NCBI GenBank assembly: GCA_964615635.1
Contig: CAZTQK010000001.1
Coordinates: forward strand, 22,790 to 84,323
DNA: 61,534 bases
From: an uncultured Planctomycetales bacterium
Lineage (GTDB): Bacteria; Planctomycetota; Phycisphaerae; UBA1845; PWPN01
Direction of reading: 5' to 3'
Shown here: positions 43,991 to 52,102 of the stretch, piece after piece
How the letters are laid out: each line of letters opens with the position of its first letter
How positions within the stretch are numbered: the stretch's first letter is position 1
The notes under the pieces: generated by a model
The model's database searches: none
The model's input: the letters and a program-made list of their open reading frames with translations, nothing else
What the model was told of the DNA's origin: nothing
Program-made: the position numbers and the translations under genes

Positions 43991-45187
43991 CTAAACTCGC
44001 CGCCGCACCTGGCACACGAACGACTTCAGGTAAAACGACTCGGGAAAATGCAGGGCCACGGGATGATCCGCCGCCTGCCGCACCGTGGCCAGCACGTGAA
44101 GCTGGACCCCCGCCTGGGCGGCCGCCCGCCGCAGGGTCGTGGCGAAGTCATCCTCGGTGAAGAAAAACGAACAGCTCGAGGTCACGAGAAGGCCCTGATC
44201 GCGCAGGATCCGCAGCGCCGCCCGGTTGAGGAAGTGGTACCCCTTGCGCCCCTCCTCGGCATGCCGGCGCGACTTGATCAGCGCCGGCGGATCGAGCAGC
44301 ACCATGTCGAACTCCGGCTCCGACCGCTGACCGAGCCACTGGAAAACGTCGGCCTCTTCAGCCGTGATGCGCGCCGCCGCCAGCCCGTTGGCCTCCGCCT
44401 CCGGCCCCACGGCGGCAAGCGCCGCCGCCGAGGAATCCACGCAGTGCACGTGCTCGGCCCCGCCTTTCAGGGCCGCGACGCCCGCCGCTCCCCGGTAGGA
44501 AAACAGGTCGGCCACTCTCCGCCCGGCCGCCAGCGCCCGCGCCTGCCGCCGCACATCTCTCTGATCGAGGAAAAACCCCGTCTTCTGCCCGCCCGTCACG
44601 TCGGCCGTAAACCTGAGCCCGTGTTCCGCAAACTCCACTCTTTCCGGAAGCACTCCGGAGAGCAGCCCGCTGGCCGGCGCGAGGCCTTCCTCGGTGCGCG
44701 CGGGGAGATCGCTCCGCTCGTAGATCGCCGCCGGCGTCAGCACGTCGGCCAGCGCCTGCAGGATCGGCTCCCGCAGTCCCTCCGCGCCGGCCGTCGCGAA
44801 CTGCACGACCGCCACCTCCCCGTACCGATCGACGACCAGCCCCGGCAGCCCGTCGGCCTCCCCGAACACCGCCCGGTATCCGGTGACTGTCTCGTCTGCG
44901 CCGATTCCGACCAGCCTTCGCCGCTCGACCGCCTCCCGCACCCGCTCGCGGATCCACTCCCGCGTGATGGGCGCTTCCTCCCACGCCAGCACGCGCACCG
45001 CGATCATCCCCTTGGCCGAGTACGTTCCCGTCGCAATGACCTGGCCCGAGGCCTCGGCTACCCGGACGAGCGCGCCGTGGGGGACCTCCGGTTTGCCCTC
45101 GGCGAGGGCGCCGGAGAAGATCCATGGATGGCGGTTGGCCGGGGCGTTTTCGCGCCCGGCTTTGAGCGTGAGCAACGGGTACGTCAT
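43991..45187 (-). CDS. rlmI: RlmI-family SAM-dependent 23S rRNA m5C methyltransferase (PUA + MTase)
   Basis: MTYPLLTLKAGRENAPANRHPWIFSGAL (RlmI-type N-terminus), DLFSYRGAAG, VLLDPPALIKS. ATG at 45187 is preferred over 45223. Confidence 0.75.
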   Translation of the reverse strand: MTYPLLTLKAGRENAPANRHPWIFSGALAEGKPEVPHGALVRVAEASGQVIATGTYSAKGMIAVRVLAWEEAPITREWIRERVREAVERRRLVGIGADETVTGYRAVFGEADGLPGLVVDRYGEVAVVQFATAGAEGLREPILQALADVLTPAAIYERSDLPARTEEGLAPASGLLSGVLPERVEFAEHGLRFTADVTGGQKTGFFLDQRDVRRQARALAAGRRVADLFSYRGAAGVAALKGGAEHVHCVDSSAAALAAVGPEAEANGLAAARITAEEADVFQWLGQRSEPEFDMVLLDPPALIKSRRHAEEGRKGYHFLNRAALRILRDQGLLVTSSCSFFFTEDDFATTLRRAAAQAGVQLHVLATVRQAADHPVALHFPESFYLKSFVCQVRRRV

Positions 45188-45388
45188 AGCGGTGGAATAT
45201 ACGCAAATCCCCGGCCGGTGCAACCGCGCATCGTTCGCCGGCGGGTCGGTTCCGATTAATAATTGACGGCACAGCCCGCGTTGCGTACCTTTGAGTCCTC
45301 GTGCGGCCGGCGCTTAAGGCCGGGGCGGCGGCCGGTATCGTGGGAACCGGCGGGCGGGCGTTCCCGCCGCCGCAGCGTGCGAGGAGCC

Positions 45389-46798
45389 ATGGATTTTCCG
45401 CTGTTCTATCTGGATTTCATCGGCAATCGCCTGCTCATGGCGGCGGTGGCGATCACCCACGTCATGATCAACCATCCCATGGCGGTCGGGGCCTGGCCGC
45501 TGGTCGCGCTTTTGGAGTGGTGGGGACGCCGCCGCGGCGACCTCGACCTCGATGCTCTCGCCTACAAAATCACCTTCGTCCTGTTCATCATCACCACGAC
45601 CTTCGGCGCTCTCACCGGGGTCGGGATCTGGCTCACCGCCGCTCTCATCGCCCCCTTCGGCATCGGCAGCCTCATCCGCGTCTTCTTCTGGGCCTGGTTC
45701 ATCGAGTGGCTGGTGTTCATCAGCGAGGTCGGCCTGGTCATCGTGTACTTCCTGATGTGGCAGCGCTGGCGCGAAGGCCGTTGGAAAGCGCTGCACAACG
45801 CCGTGGGCGCCGTCCTCGCCGTCGGCTACTGGCTCCCCATGGCCATCATCGTCGCCATCCTCGGTTTCATGATGGGGACCGGGTCCTGGGCGGCCGACCG
45901 CAGCTTCTTCTCGGCCGTCTTCAACCCGCTCTACCTCCCCCAGCTGGTGTTCCGCACCGGGCTGGCCATGGTCACCGCGGGCTTCACGGTCTGGTTCCTG
46001 ACCTTCTTCTTCACCCGGACCCGCCCCGAACTTCGCCGGCGGGTAGTGCGCATCGTGTCCGGGTGGGTGCTCGCCTGGACTCCTGTCGTTCTCATCGGGG
46101 CTGTCTGGTACTGGCGGCGCGTGCCCGCGCCGATGGCGGCCAACCTCGATGTGGCTTTCCTTACCCAGCGCCTGACCCAGTGGTACGATACTTTCCTCTA
46201 TGTCGTCGCGGCCGTGCTCGCCCTCACCGTCCTGATCGCGCTGGCCGGCCTGGCCCGCCCGGCCCTGATTCCCCGGGCCGTGCTCGTCATCCCCTTCCTG
46301 CTCGGTCTCTACACGCTCGGCCACTTCGAGCGCGTGCGCGAGTTCATTCGCAAACCCCACGTTGTCGCCGACTACATGTACTCCAACGGGGTGACCATGT
46401 CGGAGCTGCCGATTTTCCAGCGCGACGGGATTTTGACGTACTCCGCCTACAGCACCGTTCGCCAGGTCACTTCGGCCAACAAGGTTGACGCCGGCCGCGA
46501 TGTGTACATGCTCGCCTGCTCCCGCTGCCACACGGTGAGCGGGGTCAACAGCGTCCTGACCCGTTTCCGCAACCTCTACGGAGACACGCCCTGGGATCCG
46601 GCCGTCCTGAGTTCCTTCATCGCCGTCATGCACAACACCCGCACCTTCATGCCGCCGTTTCCCGGCGCCCCGGCCGAGGCGGATGCCCTGGCGGCCTATC
46701 TGAGAGACCTGCAGGAACGGCCGCGCGGTCTGCCGGGCGCGCAGGCGGTCGGGTATTCCCCGCGGGCCGCGGCCGCCGCGGCCGGGCCGGGGCAGTGA
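45389..46798 (+). CDS. Polytopic membrane protein (weakly CydA-like) with a C-terminal mono-heme cytochrome c domain
   Basis: ATG at 45389 follows GAGGAG. About 9 TM helices. AITHVMINHP and FIEWLVFISE are reminiscent of CydA helix 1 His and the Glu pair. CSRCH heme-binding motif. Confidence 0.7.
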   Translation: MDFPLFYLDFIGNRLLMAAVAITHVMINHPMAVGAWPLVALLEWWGRRRGDLDLDALAYKITFVLFIITTTFGALTGVGIWLTAALIAPFGIGSLIRVFFWAWFIEWLVFISEVGLVIVYFLMWQRWREGRWKALHNAVGAVLAVGYWLPMAIIVAILGFMMGTGSWAADRSFFSAVFNPLYLPQLVFRTGLAMVTAGFTVWFLTFFFTRTRPELRRRVVRIVSGWVLAWTPVVLIGAVWYWRRVPAPMAANLDVAFLTQRLTQWYDTFLYVVAAVLALTVLIALAGLARPALIPRAVLVIPFLLGLYTLGHFERVREFIRKPHVVADYMYSNGVTMSELPIFQRDGILTYSAYSTVRQVTSANKVDAGRDVYMLACSRCHTVSGVNSVLTRFRNLYGDTPWDPAVLSSFIAVMHNTRTFMPPFPGAPAEADALAAYLRDLQERPRGLPGAQAVGYSPRAAAAAAGPGQ

Positions 46799-46804
46799 GG
46801 GGAG

Positions 46805-48202
46805 GTGATGACGATGGCTCCACTAGACCTTGCCGCCCGCGTCCCGCGCGATCTGTCGTTGCCTCTGCCGCTCGACCCCGCCGTGATTGAAGTGTTCCTG
46901 GTCGTCCTGTTTCTCCTGCACATCGTGTTCGTCAATCTGATGGTCGGCGGGTCGCTGCTGACGGTCGTGTGCGAAATTGTCGGCCGCTCCCATCCCCGTT
47001 ACGATGCCCTCGCGCGGCGGATCGGCGCCACCATCACCGTCAGCAAGAGCCTCGCCGTGGTGCTCGGCGTCGGTCCGCTCCTGTGCATCAACCTGCTCTA
47101 TACGCTCTACTTCTACTCGGCCAACGCGCTCACCGGCTATGCCTGGATTTCGCTCGTCCCGTTGGTCATCACCGCGTTCCTCCTGAGCTACCTCCACAAG
47201 TACACCTGGGAGCGCTGGACCGGGCCGGCGAAGAACCATCACATCGTGATCGGGGCCGCCGGGGCGTTCTTCTTCCTGATGATCCCGCTCATCTTCCTGG
47301 CCAACATCAACCTGATGCTCTTTCCCGACCAATGGTCCGCGGTGCGCGGGTTCTTTTCGTCGCTGCAGTACGGCAACGTCTTCCCGCGCTACTTCCATTT
47401 CCTGACCGCCTCGCTCGCCGTCACCGGCCTGTTTCTCGCGGGCTGGTTCGGCCGCCGGCGATTCCCGGTCGAACAGCTGCTTCCCGCTTTTACCCGGGCC
47501 GAGTTGCGCGGTCTCTTCTACCGCCTCGCTTTCTGGGCGACGGCGGCGCAACTCGTCTTTGGGCCTCTGCTGCTGCTCACGCTCCCGCTGCGTGGCATCA
47601 GTTGGACTCTGCTCGCCGTCGTCGGCGTCGCTGCGGTTTTCGTCGTTCTCATTCTGGCCCTGCTCTGGCGGGAGACCCGCGCGGGCAATCCGGCGATCGG
47701 GCGCCGCTACGGCGCGGTCATCGCCCTGTTCACCGTCCTTGCGCTCTTCATGGCGACCGGCCGCCATCTCTACCGCGAGACCGCCCTCAGCCGGCACCGG
47801 CTCGCGGTCGCCGACCGCACCGCTACTTTCGCCGCGGTGGAGTTGGCGGCCCGGATGCGTCTGGCGGCCGGGCTGGGGGTCGGCGAGACGGTCGGCGGCG
47901 CTCCGACCGGGCCGAGCGTCTTCTCAAACTGCGCCGCCTGTCATGCGCTCGACAAGGTCCTCGCCGCGCCGTCCATCAAAGAGATCTACTCGCTCTACGC
48001 CAACAACCCGGCGGGCATCGTCCAGTGGGCGAAGAACCCCGGTAAGAAACGCCCGCAATTTCAGCCTATGCCTTCGATGGCCCACCTCGGCGACGAAAAA
48101 CTGCAGCTGGTGGCGGACTACATGCTCAGCCTGGGCGGGGGAGATGGGGACGCAAATGCAGCGGACCAGCCCGCCGGGAGCCCCGAGCAGAGCCGTCCGT
48201 AG
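46805..48202 (+). CDS. Polytopic membrane protein with a C-terminal cytochrome c domain
   Basis: About 9 TM helices, then CAACH...QPMPSMA. The start is ambiguous among 46805, 46808 and 46814. Confidence 0.7.
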   Translation: MMTMAPLDLAARVPRDLSLPLPLDPAVIEVFLVVLFLLHIVFVNLMVGGSLLTVVCEIVGRSHPRYDALARRIGATITVSKSLAVVLGVGPLLCINLLYTLYFYSANALTGYAWISLVPLVITAFLLSYLHKYTWERWTGPAKNHHIVIGAAGAFFFLMIPLIFLANINLMLFPDQWSAVRGFFSSLQYGNVFPRYFHFLTASLAVTGLFLAGWFGRRRFPVEQLLPAFTRAELRGLFYRLAFWATAAQLVFGPLLLLTLPLRGISWTLLAVVGVAAVFVVLILALLWRETRAGNPAIGRRYGAVIALFTVLALFMATGRHLYRETALSRHRLAVADRTATFAAVELAARMRLAAGLGVGETVGGAPTGPSVFSNCAACHALDKVLAAPSIKEIYSLYANNPAGIVQWAKNPGKKRPQFQPMPSMAHLGDEKLQLVADYMLSLGGGDGDANAADQPAGSPEQSRP

Positions 48203-48364
48203 CGCAGGGCGGATAGTTCCCACGAAGGATGTTGTGTCGGTCAGGACCACAAGGGTCGTGACGGGACCGCTTACGTCGTTGGCAGGAATGTCAGGAACAC
48301 AAGGGTCCTGACCTGCAGGAGATCATGGCCGGGCGGGTGGCCCGCCACCATGGGCGACCGCCCG

Positions 48365-48829
48365 CTACCACTGCTCCAAGGTAAGCCGGTTGGCTTTGGG
48401 AATCTGGTTCTCGAGCGTCCGCCCTTTGAGGAGTCCGCAGCCGAGACAGTGCTCCTCCCACACCACCATCACAAACCCCCGCTCGGCGCCCCCGATCTGA
48501 TTCTCCGCCAGCTCGAGGTCGCTTCCGGAGCAGAAGGGCGCCACCTGCCCGCGCTCCAGATGTATGATGTTGCGGGTCACGTGGCGGCCGAACAACTGGA
48601 AGAAGCTCGTCGCGGGTTTGATGGTCGCTCCGGCGCGGGCGATGAGCACGCCGCCGGTGTCGGTCCGCGCGAGCGGGAAATCAGTCTTCGGCCCGAGAAA
48701 GATCTTCTGCCGCGCCGATTCCGACAGGTACAACTCGTACGGTTCGAGGAGCGCCGTGTCGAACCCGAAACGCTCGGCCAGGCAGGCGAGCAGTTGCCGG
48801 CGGATTTCGTCGGGGCAGGGGGTCAGCAT
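48365..48829 (-). CDS. RsmF C-terminal-domain-like / PUA-like protein encoded as a separate gene
   Basis: This is the last 154 codons of track ORF 48365-49558. ATG at 48829 overlaps the TGA of the upstream methyltransferase (ATGCTGA). Ordinary composition, unlike the Arg/Pro-rich upstream part of that ORF. Confidence 0.6.
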   Translation of the reverse strand: MLTPCPDEIRRQLLACLAERFGFDTALLEPYELYLSESARQKIFLGPKTDFPLARTDTGGVLIARAGATIKPATSFFQLFGRHVTRNIIHLERGQVAPFCSGSDLELAENQIGGAERGFVMVVWEEHCLGCGLLKGRTLENQIPKANRLTLEQW

Positions 48830-49782
48830 CGCACCACCTTCGCCACGAAAAATCCGTCGGTATCGTTGGCGTGCGGCCAGACCCGCCCGCAGCGGGCGAC
48901 AGGCGCGAGGTACCGCCGCCCCTCCCACTCCGCGAGACCCGGCGCGAAGCGGAACCCCGGCAGCGCCGCCGGAACCGTCTCGGCCGGCCGGCTGCGCAGG
49001 AGGAAATCCACGACTCCTTCGTTCTCCTCGGGCGCCAGCGAACACGTCGAATAGACGAGCGTGCCTCCGGGATGAAGCAGGTCGAACGCCCGCAGGATCA
49101 GATCCTTCTGCCGCTCGGCGTAGCCGGCGGAGACGGCGCTCGTCCAGGTCTCGAGCACTTTCGGGCTCTTGCGGACCGTCCCGCTCGACGAGCAGGGGGC
49201 GTCGAGGAGGACGGTGTCGAACGACGCTTTCGGAAAGAGCTGCAGTTCGTAGTTGGTGATGAGGGTGTTGATCGCCCCGAACTTGTGGACATTGAACTGG
49301 AGCGCGCGGATCCGGCCGTAGCTTCGGTCGTTGGCGACAATGACGTTGCGGTTGGCCATGATCGCCGCGGCGAGCGTGGTTTTTGAACCCGGCGCGGCGC
49401 AGGCGTCGAGCACCGTCCGGGCGCCGCGCAGCTCCCCGGCGGCGACCAGCGGGGGAAGCATCGAGGCGGCCTCCTGGATGTAGATGGTCCCCAGGAAGCG
49501 CTCGAGCGTGGCGGCGAGGTTGATGTGCGGGTCGGCCGCAAAGGCCGCCTCGAACCACGGCAGAGGTGTGATTGTCAATCCGATGGCCCGCAGCCGAGCG
49601 ACCGTCGCCCCGACGTCGGCCTTGAGCGTATTTACGCGGAAGGTGTTGCGGGGCGGACGGGTCAGGGTCGCGAGGAAAGCCGGGTAATCGTCGACCGCCC
49701 CCCGGTAGCGCGCGGCGAAGCGCTCTGCCACGCCGGCTGCGGCCGCGCGCCGCGTTCTGTCATGTCCCGCGAGATTCTCCAC
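48823..49782 (-). CDS. RsmB/RsmF (NOL1/NOP2/Sun) family rRNA m5C methyltransferase
   Basis: FRVNTLK, IYIQEAASMLPP, VLDACAAPGSKT, VLLDAPCSSSGT, LVYSTCSLAPEENE. A GTG start at 49782 is proposed; the track ORF reaches 49965 but would overlap the upstream gene. Confidence 0.8.
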   Translation of the reverse strand: MENLAGHDRTRRAAAAGVAERFAARYRGAVDDYPAFLATLTRPPRNTFRVNTLKADVGATVARLRAIGLTITPLPWFEAAFAADPHINLAATLERFLGTIYIQEAASMLPPLVAAGELRGARTVLDACAAPGSKTTLAAAIMANRNVIVANDRSYGRIRALQFNVHKFGAINTLITNYELQLFPKASFDTVLLDAPCSSSGTVRKSPKVLETWTSAVSAGYAERQKDLILRAFDLLHPGGTLVYSTCSLAPEENEGVVDFLLRSRPAETVPAALPGFRFAPGLAEWEGRRYLAPVARCGRVWPHANDTDGFFVAKVVRC

Positions 49783-49921
49783 AGCGCGACAGTATAGGCA
49801 GAACGGAACGGCGGGGCAAGCCGCTTCCGCCGGATCCTCCGCCGGCGCCCGCGCGGCGCGCCAAGAAAAAGCGCGGCCGATCCCTCGTTCGGCCGCGCCC
49901 TCGAAAGAGCTGCTCCCGCGC

Positions 49922-51958
49922 TCAGCGCTCGGCGAGCTCGTCTTCATAGTGCATGGCGCGCGCAATGAGGTCGGCCAGTTCGGCCGCTTCTTCCGATCCG
50001 GTCTCGCTCCGGACGCGGTGCGCCACGCGAATCACATCGGACAGCCGCGAGTCCCGCGCCCAGTAGGAGTGGCGCAGGATCTCGGCGAACTCGGCGGCCG
50101 CGGCGGCCAGCCGGAAATCGGGGTCGGCCTCAGCGAACGCGCGGTCGAACACCTCGTCGGTGATGCGCCCGGTGATCTCCGCCACGCGGTCGCGGTCCGG
50201 ATCCTTGTAGCGGATCCGCACGATGCCGAGATCGCCCGGCCGGGCGCCGTCATCGTCCTCGCGCCGGTCGATGATGGCGTGTTTGTCGCGGCGGTTCCCG
50301 TCGCTCCACAGCTTGATCTCATACAGCGCCGTCACCTGGTGCCCGGCGCCGACCTCGCCGCCGTCCACCGCATCGTTGCGGAAATCGCGGTCGGCCACGT
50401 CGCGGTTCTCGTACCCGAGCAGACGGTAGCTGCGGACCGCACGCGGGTCGAACTCCACCTGAATCTTCACGTCGCGCGCGATCACCTGCAGGTTGCCGGT
50501 CAGGTTGTCGATGAACACGCGGCGCGCCTCGGCCGCATCGTCGACATAGGCGTAGAACCCGTCCCCCTTGTTGCCGAGCTGCTCCATGAGCACGTCGTTG
50601 TAGTTGCCCATGCCGAACCCGACCGCCGTCAGCGTGATTCCCCGTTCGGCGTAGCGCCGAATGTCGCGGAGAATCTCCTCCGGACCGGTCTTGCCGACAT
50701 TGGCCACGCCGTCGGAGCACAGAATAATCCGGTTGATCTGTCCGCGCACGAAGTTGCGGTCGGCCATCCGATACCCCAGGCGGAGGCCCTCTTCCGCATT
50801 GGTCGAACCGCCCGGCTCGAGGCCGTCGATCACGCGCAGGATCCTGGTCCGGTGGCCCGCTCCCGTCGGCTCGAGCAGCACCCGGCCCGAGGAGCCGTAC
50901 ACGACGATACCGACCCGATCGTCCGGCAGGAGCTGGTCGACCAGGTAGCGCAGCGACTGCTTCACCAGGCCGAGCCGGTTCTCCCGCGCCATCGACCCGG
51001 AGACGTCGATCACGAACACCAAGGTCGCCGGCTTCCGCTCCTCAGGATCGATCTCTCGTCCCTTGATGCCGATCCGCAAGAGGCGCGTCTTCTCGCCGAA
51101 CAGCGAGGGCGCCCCGTCGGCATAGACGCGGAAAGTCTCGCGCCGCGGAGGATCGTAGTCGTAGGTGAAGTGGTTGATGAACTCCTCCGTCCGCACCGCC
51201 TCGGCCGGCGGAAGGTGGCCGTCCTGAAGATACGAGCGGGTCATGATGTAGGAGGCGTCATCGACATCGACGGCAAAGGTCGAGAGATGGTCGTCATCGG
51301 TGTCGACGAACGGGTTGACGCCGTAGTCGCGGAAAAACATGGCGTCGTAGGGCTGCCCGTTGACGATCGCCGAGCCGCCGTGCGCCGGCGGGAGCGAATT
51401 CTCCCTCGTAATGTACTCCGCCTCGCCCGCCCTGCCGCCGCGCATGAAGATCTCAACCCCGTGGCCGGCGGCGGCCGCATCCGGAGGTTGCCGGAGCGCC
51501 TGATCCTCTGCCGGCAACCGGTACATCGGGATTTCCTCCTTGGTCACCGGAGCCTGGCTGCTGCTCTCCGGGACGCCGAGCTTGTCCTTCGTGCCGAGGA
51601 TCCGCACGTCGCTTTTGACCGCGCCGTTCTTCTCCAGGGCCACCGACCGCACGGCGGTCGATCCTTCAGCCACCTCGACGCCCGCCAGCTCGACAGTACG
51701 GTACTCGACGTGGCTGAAACGCAGGAGGTGGGAACCCGGCGCGACGTTGTCGATCCGGTAGCGGCCGTCCAGATCGGTCTGGGCGCCGAAGGCGGTCCCG
51801 ACGACCAGCACCGAGGCACTGGTCACCGGCCGGCCCGTCTCCTTGTCGGTGACGGTACCGGTGATGGTTCCTGTGGCGGTTGGTTTTCGCTCGCCGGATG
51901 CGGCAATCCACATCGGGGTGAGGATCGCAAACAGCAGAAAGAGTCCTGTGCGGCGCAT
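49922..51958 (-). CDS. Secreted vWA-domain protein (YfbK-like) with an N-terminal CarboxypepD_reg-like domain
   Basis: Signal peptide. TITGTVTDKETGRPV...DGRYRIDNVAPG. MIDAS motif VFVIDVSGSM. Confidence 0.85.
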   Translation of the reverse strand: MRRTGLFLLFAILTPMWIAASGERKPTATGTITGTVTDKETGRPVTSASVLVVGTAFGAQTDLDGRYRIDNVAPGSHLLRFSHVEYRTVELAGVEVAEGSTAVRSVALEKNGAVKSDVRILGTKDKLGVPESSSQAPVTKEEIPMYRLPAEDQALRQPPDAAAAGHGVEIFMRGGRAGEAEYITRENSLPPAHGGSAIVNGQPYDAMFFRDYGVNPFVDTDDDHLSTFAVDVDDASYIMTRSYLQDGHLPPAEAVRTEEFINHFTYDYDPPRRETFRVYADGAPSLFGEKTRLLRIGIKGREIDPEERKPATLVFVIDVSGSMARENRLGLVKQSLRYLVDQLLPDDRVGIVVYGSSGRVLLEPTGAGHRTRILRVIDGLEPGGSTNAEEGLRLGYRMADRNFVRGQINRIILCSDGVANVGKTGPEEILRDIRRYAERGITLTAVGFGMGNYNDVLMEQLGNKGDGFYAYVDDAAEARRVFIDNLTGNLQVIARDVKIQVEFDPRAVRSYRLLGYENRDVADRDFRNDAVDGGEVGAGHQVTALYEIKLWSDGNRRDKHAIIDRREDDDGARPGDLGIVRIRYKDPDRDRVAEITGRITDEVFDRAFAEADPDFRLAAAAAEFAEILRHSYWARDSRLSDVIRVAHRVRSETGSEEAAELADLIARAMHYEDELAER

Positions 51959-52102
51959 ACGCCACCTCCTTAACTAGGGCGGTTGATCGCTGTCTTCGAG
52001 GGGATTACACCGGAGAGCCGCGCATCTTCCCGGAAAGGCGCAGGAAAAGCGGTGCCGGTGGAAAATTGCACAGGTCGGTCGGGGCCGGCCGACACCGAAA
52101 GC

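Noticed and set aside
44048-45272. Long ORFs 44048-45259 (+, 403 aa) and 44358-45272 (-, 304 aa) overlapping the rlmI-like gene
   Set aside because: Their Arg/Pro/Gly-rich composition with no motifs is typical of shadow ORFs in very GC-rich DNA. The minus-strand frame 43991-45187 has clear PUA/methyltransferase motifs.
45301-46633. ORFs 45301-46488 (+, 395 aa) and 45314-46633 (-, 439 aa)
   Set aside because: These are off-frame or antisense shadows of the membrane/cytochrome c gene. They are dominated by R, P, G, D and E runs, whereas the chosen frame gives coherent TM helices and a CxxCH motif.
46823-48311. ORFs 46823-47797 (-), 46969-48045 (+) and 47559-48311 (+)
   Set aside because: These are shadow ORFs of the second membrane/cytochrome c gene, with low-complexity Arg/Pro/Ser content.
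48350-49558. ORFs 48350-49054 (+), 48564-49259 (+), 48871-49386 (+), and the N-terminal ~240 aa of 48365-49558 (-)
   Set aside because: They overlap the well-supported RsmB/F-family frame. Only the last 154 codons of 48365-49558 have normal composition and a coupled start.
49949-51973. 674-aa plus-strand ORF antisense to the vWA gene
   Set aside because: It is rich in Arg, Pro, Gly, His and Val and has no motif. The minus frame has a signal peptide, a CarboxypepD_reg domain and a MIDAS motif.
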